Assembly: GCA_964511375.1 (NCBI GenBank)
Contig: CAZEEW010000004.1
Location: forward strand, 5,542 to 69,541
Direction of reading: 5' to 3'
Origin: an uncultured Gammaproteobacteria bacterium
Lineage (GTDB): Bacteria; Patescibacteriota; Patescibacteriia; Magasanikbacterales; GWA2-37-8
Length of the DNA: 64,000 bases
The notes under the pieces were generated by a model that saw only the letters and a program-made list of their open reading frames with translations, searched no databases and was not told the origin of the DNA. The translations under genes were made by a program, and so were the position numbers. Positions 38,403-47,025 of this stretch are shown piece by piece. The number at the start of each line of letters is the position of its first letter. The first letter of the stretch is position 1.

Positions 38403-38430
38403 TTGCCTTTCTTGGAATTTGGGATATAAT
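38403..38430 (+). promoter_or_regulatory. sigma-70-like promoter (TTGCCT-16-TATAAT), followed by an AGGAGA Shine-Dalgarno
   Basis: Read from the sequence. The ATG at 38447 lies 8 nt after the SD. Confidence 0.5.
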
Positions 38431-38446
38431 ACAGGAGAATTCGCCT

Positions 38447-40546
38447 ATGGAAAGAAGAAAAATAAAAGAACTGGGAGCGATTGTTTTTTTGGCTTCCTTT
38501 GCCTATTTTTTACTGACCATATATACCAACCTGGGTTTGGCCCTGGTTTTTTTATTCCTGTATTTTGGTTTAACTGGAAGATGGTACCGGGATTACTTAA
38601 TTAGCATTTTTCGCCTTGGCCGGTTGGGTACGACTTGGGTGGTTGGTGTTTTTTTAAGTTTGTTTGTTTTTGTTTCACTATCTAGCCCCTGGGTGTTGTT
38701 TTTTCGTTACACAGCCCCCGAGATTAGTGTGGTTTTTCTTTTGAGTGGCCTTTTGGCTTGGTATCTAAGAACTTATATTGTTAAGAAAGGAATATCACTA
38801 GAAAATAATATCTCTACTGAAAGCAACTCGTGGCAATTCATGCCTGGAAAGGTAATAAGCTTCTGGGTATATATTGTGGTTTTTGCTGTTGCAACTTATA
38901 TTTTGCAAAACCGACTTGGCGATGGAGTAGTGAATAGTCCGTGGCAAATAATACAAGAGGAATATATTTACGTTTACGCGTTGGCGACTTTTGTTTTGTG
39001 TTTAAATATTTTATCTAAATTACCATCACGGCAAGTTCTTTTTCTCCTCATTCTTCATACTTTTCTAACCGTTAGCTATCTACCTTTAACTCATGTTTTA
39101 ATCTATGGCGCCGACTCCTGGCGACACATGGCGACGGAGGCGCAGATTCTCGAGTCCGGACGGATTGCGCTGAAAGATTTTGGGAGTGGCTTTAATGCGA
39201 TCGTGAACGCTTTAAATCCCGGTCGTTTCTCTTACGCCTGGTTTTGGGGGCTGGGGGTAGTAGTAGCCAAACTCACGGGTGGAACTTTAATTGAGGTAAA
39301 TAAATGGTTAGGACCATTGCTTTTCACAATTGGTTTCCCGGTTCTGCTTTTTGCTTTCTTGAAAAGTTGGTTTAAAGAAGAAAGATTGCCCTTGCTCCTA
39401 GTTTGGTTATCTCTTATTTTTTTCGCTTTTCAAGTCGGTGGGGCGTTTACTTTACCTGTCAATACTGGATTTTTATTTTTTTTGGTTTTACTGATTTTAC
39501 TCACAAAACATTTAGACAACCCGCAGCCGGGACGGAAATGGTTTTTGGGCTTGCTCGGTTTCTTTAGCCTTTTTGGATATTTGGTGTACTTTATTTTATT
39601 CTTTTTAGCTTGGGGTATAATGGTCCTTACGAAAAAGAGCTGGAACGCTGGCAAAAAAAACGTGTTAATAATAGTGGGTGCGGGTATTTTAATTCCGTTT
39701 TTTGAGTTAGTGTTTAATTACAGCGATGTTTCGAAAATCAATTTATTAGGACAGATAAAACAATTGGTTGGTAATTTTACAGCTTATTACTTGGCAACTG
39801 GTCCTCGGCAGCACGACATTTTGACTGGCAACATTCTTTTTAACCAGACACCAAGCTACGCCTATGTGGGAAATTTTTTATTAGAACACAAACCATGGTT
39901 GGTAGCGGTCGCAATACTAGTTTGGGCCGGTGTAGCTTGGGGAGTTAGAGAATATTTTAGAAAGAAAGAAAGTCGTGGGATCGGAATATTGTTTTTAGGG
40001 GTGTTTGTAAGTTTGCTGATCGGAAGATACTTTTTAGTGGGTGAGCAAATTTTGTCTCGGCGCTTAGATTTAGTATTTGCACTCGGTGCAGTGTTTTTTA
40101 TCGGGTTCACTGTGAAGAGGATTTTTTCTCGTTACCAGATTGCCGAAAAAGCAACATCGAGACTGCTTGCAATTTTAGTAGTATTTATTTTTTCTTTGGC
40201 TATTACGGCGTCATATACCCTGGGACCAGATACTAATACTGTATCCTTGACCGGGTATCGCAATATGGAAGTAGTTTGGGACCAGGAAAAGGAAAACGAG
40301 AAACACTGTGTTATAGCCGATACTTATCCTTTGCTAGCCTTAGAATTCATTTCTAAAAAAGAAATTGTGGGCGGGGGATTTCCAATGAACGCGTATTTTG
40401 CCCAGCTAGAACGCGTGGCGCTATGGCAGGAGATTAAAAACAAAGGCTATTTAACCAAAGAAGAACTAGAGAAAGCCAAGGAACTAACCGGAGCAGGAGA
40501 GTGTCATATTGTCGGTGGTTCGCTTGATCCATGGTTTGGCAAGTAG
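38447..40546 (+). CDS. large polytopic membrane protein, possibly a GT-C-type (ArnT/PMT-like) glycosyltransferase
   Basis: At least 12 hydrophobic helices and a C-terminal soluble domain. Start re-picked at MERRKIKE with promoter and SD. Family call is low confidence. Confidence 0.4.
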   Translation: MERRKIKELGAIVFLASFAYFLLTIYTNLGLALVFLFLYFGLTGRWYRDYLISIFRLGRLGTTWVVGVFLSLFVFVSLSSPWVLFFRYTAPEISVVFLLSGLLAWYLRTYIVKKGISLENNISTESNSWQFMPGKVISFWVYIVVFAVATYILQNRLGDGVVNSPWQIIQEEYIYVYALATFVLCLNILSKLPSRQVLFLLILHTFLTVSYLPLTHVLIYGADSWRHMATEAQILESGRIALKDFGSGFNAIVNALNPGRFSYAWFWGLGVVVAKLTGGTLIEVNKWLGPLLFTIGFPVLLFAFLKSWFKEERLPLLLVWLSLIFFAFQVGGAFTLPVNTGFLFFLVLLILLTKHLDNPQPGRKWFLGLLGFFSLFGYLVYFILFFLAWGIMVLTKKSWNAGKKNVLIIVGAGILIPFFELVFNYSDVSKINLLGQIKQLVGNFTAYYLATGPRQHDILTGNILFNQTPSYAYVGNFLLEHKPWLVAVAILVWAGVAWGVREYFRKKESRGIGILFLGVFVSLLIGRYFLVGEQILSRRLDLVFALGAVFFIGFTVKRIFSRYQIAEKATSRLLAILVVFIFSLAITASYTLGPDTNTVSLTGYRNMEVVWDQEKENEKHCVIADTYPLLALEFISKKEIVGGGFPMNAYFAQLERVALWQEIKNKGYLTKEELEKAKELTGAGECHIVGGSLDPWFGK

Positions 40547-40616
40547 AATTGAGGGGAGTATAATTATTTCAGTAATAAAAAATAATTAAGAGCAGTAAAA
40601 TAATTGAGAACTAAAT

Positions 40617-43043
40617 ATGTTTGGAAGAAAACTGCCAGAAAATCCAATTGGCATCAAAGGAGAAGAATTAAAACGATACGAACCAGCATTGGAAGTGCTA
40701 AAGCAGGAGCGGGCTGTGGTTAAGGAATTGGCCGAGGTGTATCCGCTTTACCAGGAACTTCTTAAGAACAACACAATAAAATTTGTTGCCGAACAGGGGA
40801 ACGAGGCGACCGAGCGGACAGTTTCGGTTTTGGGCGAGGAATGGGAAGATTGGTTGCGGGATGATTATCTTCGATTGGATGCCTGGTCTAGAAAGTATCT
40901 TTTGGAAATGGATCCCGGTTTAGATAGTGTGCCAGCCTTTAAAGAATTAGAGCGGATGTCTGTGCATCTGGAGCAATTGAAAGAACTAGCGGCAGATGAC
41001 GCTTCCAAGAAGCGCGAAGGGGTAGGTAGCCGGTTAAGAGAAAATTTGAGGAAACCGAACGGGGGCCAAGCTGGCCACGAAGTTATTGTTTATCCCACGG
41101 CAGATGAGCACTTAGAGGCTTCAAGGTGGGATGACTTTCTAGCTTTTTTATCTAGTAATAAGCAAATTAAAGACGGGAAGGATGTTGAATCAAGGCCTAT
41201 CTGGTGGAGAAGGGGACTAAGGAAGGCGGGGAAAGACTATAAAAAAGAAAGACTGCCGCAAGAACAATTGCGCCAAGCAGTAGCAGAACATATTACTAAA
41301 ATTGCCACTGAACAACGCACTGACATTGAAAGAAAAAATCTTTTAGAGCGAATCCAACAATTTCGGAAGTTGATTCGGATACTTAAGCGCTGGCAGGAGG
41401 TTTTATTCACTGATCAATTGCAAGATTCTTCGTTAAGAGGAGAAAGCCCCTATACTCCTTCACAAGTTAGTATAGTCAGAGAGTGTAACAGAGAACTAAT
41501 GGACCACTTACGAACGCGTGTTAATACTTTTGTGCGTCCGATAGAAGCTAACGAGAGAGGGCCTTTGCCGATCGATAACACTGTCGTCGAATTTGCCGAA
41601 GAGCTCGATGCAAAAGTAAGAGATAGTTTGGATATTCGAGAAAAGATTCGTGTTTTAAAACAGGACTTAGAGGAGTTAGCACATGGTTTAAATTTAGAAG
41701 TGCAAGAGTTAAAACAAACAGCTGAAGGTTTAGTTTGGACGTACCAGGGTTTAAGTGAAGGAGAGCAAGATTTGACAGAAAGAAAAGACAAATTGAAGCC
41801 TTTAGTGACTGGTATTGGCCAGGCACTGGAAAAAGTAGTTAGTGCTTATGGAGACGAGAAGAGTGGAGTGGTGGGCGTCCTGGACCGTCTTATGAAGATT
41901 TTGTCTGAAGCGGAAAAGCGTAATGGTCAAGCCTTTAGGCAAGTTGAGGCAATGGCCAGAGAATTGGAGGGAGCCAATCTCCGCTCTTTATATTTTCAAG
42001 AATTTGATATCACCCTACAGGGATTGCGTCAAGCGATTAGTGACGCACGGGAGTTTATCCGAGACAGAGAACAAAGGCGGTTAGCAGAAAAAGTGTTGCC
42101 AGCGCCAATGACCAAAGTTATAGACGCGGATATGGTTGATGTACGGCCTAATAGTCGTGAGGGCATACTAGATCCCGGAGAGGTCTATACAAATAACGAG
42201 GAATTACGTGTGGCGTTAGAAGACAGAGGTGGAGAATTTGGTTTGTACGCACCCTTAGTTGATTATGCGATGTTGCCACCGGAATTTTCCAAAGAGCATT
42301 TGCGGATTTTTAAAAATTATCTTGGTAAATTAGATGCATCCAGAGTACCACAAGTAAAAAATTGGGAACAGTATTTTGAAATGATGTACCCCCGATACCA
42401 AAGACCAGAAGACACACAAAGAAATTTAGTTGCTCATCGTCCAGACTGGTGGTATGAACAAGCAGATGGGAGTGATTTTTATGATAAAGAAACTTGGGGT
42501 GAGGCTTACAAACGGTCGATACAAGAAGAGTCTGAGAAATTGAGTGATAGGGTATTTCTTACTGAGAAAATACAAAAACCAAATTATACCGATGGGAGCA
42601 AACAGTATGGATCTAAAGACCATCAAGACGCGCCGCAAGACGTGCTTTTACCAATCATTCAAGAAGTATTAGGGCCAGACCATAATCGGTTTGGTAATAC
42701 GTGGGATGAAGTCAACTGGGTAGCGGAAAAAGTAAAAGAGAAAATCATCGCTGAATTGCGTTCGGCAGGGCTACCTGTCCCGAAGTTTGATATTGTGATA
42801 ACACCTGCGATTATTTCTAATTTAGAAATGATATCCAGAAATAGAGAAAATTCACAGACTAATACTTATGAGTGGACTTCAACTCCATTATTGAAAAAAG
42901 ATGGTGGTGATTACGGTTCTCGCCTGGTGGTTGGCCGCTCGGGGAAAGGTGGTGCCGGTTATATCGGCAACCTTCAACACAACGCTAGGTCAGACTCGTT
43001 GGGGTTCCGCCTCTCAGCGACGTTCAATAATCATAAACCTTAA
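40617..43043 (+). CDS. large (808-aa) soluble charged protein of unknown function
   Basis: Long uninterrupted ORF. No transmembrane or signal segment. No recognisable catalytic motif. Confidence 0.6.
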   Translation: MFGRKLPENPIGIKGEELKRYEPALEVLKQERAVVKELAEVYPLYQELLKNNTIKFVAEQGNEATERTVSVLGEEWEDWLRDDYLRLDAWSRKYLLEMDPGLDSVPAFKELERMSVHLEQLKELAADDASKKREGVGSRLRENLRKPNGGQAGHEVIVYPTADEHLEASRWDDFLAFLSSNKQIKDGKDVESRPIWWRRGLRKAGKDYKKERLPQEQLRQAVAEHITKIATEQRTDIERKNLLERIQQFRKLIRILKRWQEVLFTDQLQDSSLRGESPYTPSQVSIVRECNRELMDHLRTRVNTFVRPIEANERGPLPIDNTVVEFAEELDAKVRDSLDIREKIRVLKQDLEELAHGLNLEVQELKQTAEGLVWTYQGLSEGEQDLTERKDKLKPLVTGIGQALEKVVSAYGDEKSGVVGVLDRLMKILSEAEKRNGQAFRQVEAMARELEGANLRSLYFQEFDITLQGLRQAISDAREFIRDREQRRLAEKVLPAPMTKVIDADMVDVRPNSREGILDPGEVYTNNEELRVALEDRGGEFGLYAPLVDYAMLPPEFSKEHLRIFKNYLGKLDASRVPQVKNWEQYFEMMYPRYQRPEDTQRNLVAHRPDWWYEQADGSDFYDKETWGEAYKRSIQEESEKLSDRVFLTEKIQKPNYTDGSKQYGSKDHQDAPQDVLLPIIQEVLGPDHNRFGNTWDEVNWVAEKVKEKIIAELRSAGLPVPKFDIVITPAIISNLEMISRNRENSQTNTYEWTSTPLLKKDGGDYGSRLVVGRSGKGGAGYIGNLQHNARSDSLGFRLSATFNNHKP

Positions 43044-43071
43044 TTTTTATCTCTTGTTTCCCCCTTTACAT

Positions 43072-43476
43072 ATGTCAGACTGTATTTTTTGTAAAATTAT
43101 CGCCAAGGAGATTCCGAACTACGCGGTGTATGAAGACGAACATGTTTTGGCCTTTTTAGACATTCATCCACATGCTAAAGGGCATACGGTTATCATCCCC
43201 AAAACGCATGTAGATAATTTTGCGGCGTTGGAAGAACAGGAATATACTTTTATTTTAAAAGCAGTTAAAATTGTGATGAATAAGTTGGACAAAGCCTTGC
43301 AGCCAGCTGGATATAATGTGGGTTGGAACGAAAAACCAGCCGGCGGCCAAGTGGTTCCTCATTTACATGTTCATGTAATGCCCCGTTATGAAAACGATGG
43401 TGGCCGTAGTATGCACGCGATAGTTAACAATCCAGGAGACAAGAGCGTGGAGGAAGTTTTTAAACTTATCGTCTAA
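43072..43476 (+). CDS. HIT-family (histidine triad) nucleotide hydrolase
   Basis: MSDCIFCKII start and HLHVHVMP triad. The ORF-track extension upstream was rejected. Confidence 0.85.
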   Translation: MSDCIFCKIIAKEIPNYAVYEDEHVLAFLDIHPHAKGHTVIIPKTHVDNFAALEEQEYTFILKAVKIVMNKLDKALQPAGYNVGWNEKPAGGQVVPHLHVHVMPRYENDGGRSMHAIVNNPGDKSVEEVFKLIV

Positions 43477-43479
43477 TCT

Positions 43480-44037
43480 ATGCCCCGATATATCAAAAAA
43501 AAATCTGAAGAAGTATTGTCAGAAAATCCGTGGTGGAAATATAAACATGATAAATACACTTTTCCCGACGGAAGTGAAGGCGATTATTATTACGGCGAAA
43601 ACAATGGTAGCGCAATGGTCATTCCGATTTTGGATGATGGGCGACTTGTATTAGTTTCTTTGCACCGTTACCTAAGCGATAAGCCAAGTATCGAATTTCC
43701 TTGTGGCGGTATAGAGAAAGATGAGGTGCCACAAGCTGCGGCTTTCCGCGAGTTGAGAGAAGAAACCGGCTGGCAGTCTGACGGCTTATCTAAGGTAGGC
43801 AGTTTTATAGCTTTAAACGGATTGTTCAAAGATGAAACCCATTTATTCGTGGCCAATAATTTGGAACAAATAAGTGGGCCATCAAGTGAACCGGGGGAAG
43901 TCACAGAAGTAATGTATCGCCGGCCGGATGAATTAGAAGATATGATTAAGCGTGGGGAAATTTGGGATGGGCAGACATTGGCAGCGTGGTCACTAGCAAG
44001 AGAATTTATTCGATCTAACACTTTTAGAAATTCGTAG
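43480..44037 (+). CDS. NUDIX hydrolase
   Basis: Nudix box GGIEKDEVPQAAAFRELREETGW. Confidence 0.8.
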   Translation: MPRYIKKKSEEVLSENPWWKYKHDKYTFPDGSEGDYYYGENNGSAMVIPILDDGRLVLVSLHRYLSDKPSIEFPCGGIEKDEVPQAAAFRELREETGWQSDGLSKVGSFIALNGLFKDETHLFVANNLEQISGPSSEPGEVTEVMYRRPDELEDMIKRGEIWDGQTLAAWSLAREFIRSNTFRNS

Positions 44038-44038
44038 T

Positions 44039-45772
44039 ATGTTTAAAAAGATCGTGTTTTTTATAGCAGCAAGTGTTTTACTGTTGCCACTTTTAGCGCA
44101 AGCACAAGTTGAGGATAATACAGAAAAAATTAGGTCGTATGATGTTAAAATACAGATTAACCAGGACGCGACTTTTGATGTTGAAGAACAGATTGTTTAC
44201 GATTTTGCCAATACGCCAGATCGGCATGGAATATATCGTGATATTCCAATTAAATATGGTAAAAGTTTCACTGATCCAAAAATAAAAATTACTGATATAC
44301 AGGTGGTAGATGAAAATAGTATTCCTTATAGATTTTCAAAAGATGTTTCTGGAGGCACATTGGATATTAAGATTGGAGATCCTGACGTCATTATTTCTGG
44401 AGTAAAAACCTATATTATAAAGTATAAGGTTAAAGGGGCAATCTCATTTTATGATCAATTTGATGAATTGTATTGGAACGCAATTGGACACGGTTGGGAC
44501 GTGCAGATTTTTAATCCCAAAGTGGTGTTGACCTTACCGGACAAGGTTAGCCAAGACGATGTAGACATTTCTTGTTATGCTGGGGGGTTTGGTAGTTCAG
44601 ACAGCTGCGAACGGGACTTTGATTTAGAACAAGGGGCATATATTAGAACTATCAAATTTACTGGTCCAGAGGTGCTTGATCCCTATGAAGGAATGACTGT
44701 GGCGGTCGGTTGGCCAAAGAATCTAATAGCTTATCCAAGCCAGAGTGAAAAGATCATTGATCTGATATACGCCTATGGATATTTAATAATACCAATTTTA
44801 GTATTTATCATAATGTTCCGTTTGTGGTGGAGACGCGGGAGAGACCCCAAAGGACGAGGGGTAATTGTGGCAGAGTTTGGTCCACCAAATAATTTTACTC
44901 CCGCCCAGACTAGTACGTTGCTTAAAGATTATTGTGGTTTAAATGGTATTAGTGCGGAGATTATACAGCTAGCAGTGCTGGGTTATCTGAAAATTAAACA
45001 GGTAGAAAAGGCTAAACTAATCGGGAAAGATTTTACTTTTGTATTACAAAAAATACAAAAAGTACCAGCTAATTTGAAACCACACCAAGAGAAGATTTTA
45101 GAGGCTTTGTTTAAAGGCGGAGATACACGTGAATTGGGTAAAAAAAATCGGGATTCTGAATTTTACGATGCACTGACTACGGTAAAGGAAGATATCCTTA
45201 AATCTCTGGTCAAGGATAAATACTTGAGAAAGAATCCAACCACTGTGAAGGTCGTGTATTTTGTTATCGCGGCTGTACTTATGTTTGGTTTCATCGCATT
45301 TACTGCTTTTATTGGGGTCGTGGGCGTCTTGTCTTTTGTTTTTGCTGGTTTAATCGTTGCAATCTTCGGTTTTTTTATGCCAGCGAAGACACAGGCAGGA
45401 GCTTATGCGAAGGAGCACATTCTAGGTTTTAAGAAATATTTAGAGGTGGCCGAAAAAGACCGTCTAGAATTTCACAATGCACCAGAAAAAAGTCCGGCTA
45501 TCTTTGAAAAATTTTTACCATTCGCTATTGCTTTGGGGGTAGAAGAAAAATGGGCAAAACAATTTACTGGATTATACACTATCCCGCCCGGTTGGTACGA
45601 TGACGGAAATTTCTCTGCTGGCTTCAACGCGGTTTTGTTTGCAAATAGTATGAAGAGCTTCACTTCGGAAACTAGTGCCGCCTATAGCGCCAGCGCGCCA
45701 CGAAGCAGCGGATCATCAGGCGGCGGATTCTCCGGTGGTGGGTTTGGGGGCGGCGGTGGAGGTAGTTGGTAG
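44039..45772 (+). CDS. DUF2207-family membrane protein with a Gly-rich C-terminal tail
   Basis: Signal peptide, internal transmembrane helices and a C-terminal GGGFSGGGFGGGGGGSW tail. Confidence 0.55.
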   Translation: MFKKIVFFIAASVLLLPLLAQAQVEDNTEKIRSYDVKIQINQDATFDVEEQIVYDFANTPDRHGIYRDIPIKYGKSFTDPKIKITDIQVVDENSIPYRFSKDVSGGTLDIKIGDPDVIISGVKTYIIKYKVKGAISFYDQFDELYWNAIGHGWDVQIFNPKVVLTLPDKVSQDDVDISCYAGGFGSSDSCERDFDLEQGAYIRTIKFTGPEVLDPYEGMTVAVGWPKNLIAYPSQSEKIIDLIYAYGYLIIPILVFIIMFRLWWRRGRDPKGRGVIVAEFGPPNNFTPAQTSTLLKDYCGLNGISAEIIQLAVLGYLKIKQVEKAKLIGKDFTFVLQKIQKVPANLKPHQEKILEALFKGGDTRELGKKNRDSEFYDALTTVKEDILKSLVKDKYLRKNPTTVKVVYFVIAAVLMFGFIAFTAFIGVVGVLSFVFAGLIVAIFGFFMPAKTQAGAYAKEHILGFKKYLEVAEKDRLEFHNAPEKSPAIFEKFLPFAIALGVEEKWAKQFTGLYTIPPGWYDDGNFSAGFNAVLFANSMKSFTSETSAAYSASAPRSSGSSGGGFSGGGFGGGGGGSW

Positions 45773-45773
45773 T

Positions 45774-46331
45774 ATGTTTACTAAACAGGAACAAGAATAT
45801 TTGTTACGGCTGGCTCATGAGGCGATTGAGCACTATTTAGGCACAGGTAAAGAATTAATTGTAGGTAAAGCAAACATATCTTCATTTCTTCAGGAAAACA
45901 GGGCTTGCTTTGTCACACTAACTTTAAATAAAGAGTTGCGTGGTTGTATTGGGCACTTGCAGGCGATTCAGCCGCTGTATAAAGATGTTGTCGAAAACGC
46001 GATGGGGGCGGCTTTCCAGGATCCTCGTTTTCCGCCTTTAAAGCATGACGAGTTGGATAATATCGAAATAGAAGTTTCGGTCTTGTCGGAAGCTCGCCAA
46101 TTGTCTTACCAAAACCGCGAGGAGTTGGTTCAGGGCTTACGCCCGCAAATTGACGGAGTGATTATTGAGAAAGGTGAATGTGGTGCTACTTATTTACCTC
46201 AAGTGTGGGAAGAATTATCTAGCCCAGAAGAATTTCTTTCCTCGTTATGCTTAAAGGCCGGGCTGCCGGAAAATGAGTGGACAAAAGGTGACTTAAGGGT
46301 TTCGACATATACTGTCGAGATAATTAAATAA
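45774..46331 (+). CDS. AMMECR1-domain protein
   Basis: CFVTLT...LRGCIGHL...PRFPPL motif. Start re-picked at the ATG at 45774. Confidence 0.8.
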   Translation: MFTKQEQEYLLRLAHEAIEHYLGTGKELIVGKANISSFLQENRACFVTLTLNKELRGCIGHLQAIQPLYKDVVENAMGAAFQDPRFPPLKHDELDNIEIEVSVLSEARQLSYQNREELVQGLRPQIDGVIIEKGECGATYLPQVWEELSSPEEFLSSLCLKAGLPENEWTKGDLRVSTYTVEIIK

Positions 46332-46341
46332 TTAAACATTT

Positions 46342-46977
46342 ATGGGACAAAACACCGTAATCGTCGTAGCAGGCGGAACGGCATCTGGTAAAACTACTCT
46401 GGCGAATATTTTAAAAAAGCTTTTGGGCGAGAATGAGTGTGTTTTGATTTCTGAGGATTGGTACTACCATGATCGTCCAGAATTGACCATGGAGGAAAGG
46501 CAAAAATTAAATTACGATCATCCGACTGCTTTGGATTTTGAGCTCATGGTAAATCATATAAGTGCTTTGCAGCGCGGTGAACCGGTTAAAACACCTCGGT
46601 ATGACTTCAAAACTCACAGTCGTATTACCAATGGTTGGATTGAAATCGCACCAAAGCCAATTATTATTGTGGAAGGTATATTGGTATTGTGGGAAGAAAG
46701 TATTCGGGGTACGGCCGAATTTAAATTTTTTGTGGATACAGCCGATGATGTTAGATTGTTACGAAGGATGAGTAGGGATATGAAAGAACGTGGTCGGACC
46801 TTTGAAGGAGTTAAAGAACAGTGGCAGAAAACTGTTCAACCCATGTATTATGAATTTTGTTTACCTTCTAAACGTTACGCTGACATGATCATCCCAGAGG
46901 GGGGAGAAAATCCGGCCGTACATACTATTTTGGAAAGAGGGTTGAAACGTTTGTCTGTTGGAGAAGAAAGTAGATAA
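46342..46977 (+). CDS. udk: uridine kinase
   Basis: P-loop VVAGGTASGKTTLA. Uridine kinase/PRK family length. Confidence 0.8.
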   Translation: MGQNTVIVVAGGTASGKTTLANILKKLLGENECVLISEDWYYHDRPELTMEERQKLNYDHPTALDFELMVNHISALQRGEPVKTPRYDFKTHSRITNGWIEIAPKPIIIVEGILVLWEESIRGTAEFKFFVDTADDVRLLRRMSRDMKERGRTFEGVKEQWQKTVQPMYYEFCLPSKRYADMIIPEGGENPAVHTILERGLKRLSVGEESR

Positions 46978-46990
46978 TGTTCAATTAGGT

Positions 46991-47018
46991 TTAAATATTT
47001 AGGATTTTTGTGTATAAT
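46991..47018 (+). promoter_or_regulatory. promoter candidate (TTAAAT-16-TgTATAAT) implying a leaderless or near-leaderless start at 47026
   Basis: The -10 ends 7 nt before the ATG at 47026. Confidence 0.35.
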
Positions 47019-47025
47019 ATATACC

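Noticed and set aside
38359-38446. ORF-track start at 38372 and overlapping ORF 38359..38604 for the GT-C-like gene
   Set aside because: The region contains a promoter (TTGCCT-16-TATAAT) and an AGGAGA SD feeding the ATG at 38447. The upstream extension would translate promoter sequence (MYRIGDWGQGFAFLGIWDIIQENSP).
42901-43071. 57-codon upstream extension of the HIT gene
   Set aside because: HIT proteins start near MSDCIFCKII. The extension overlaps the 3' end of the 808-aa ORF in another frame.
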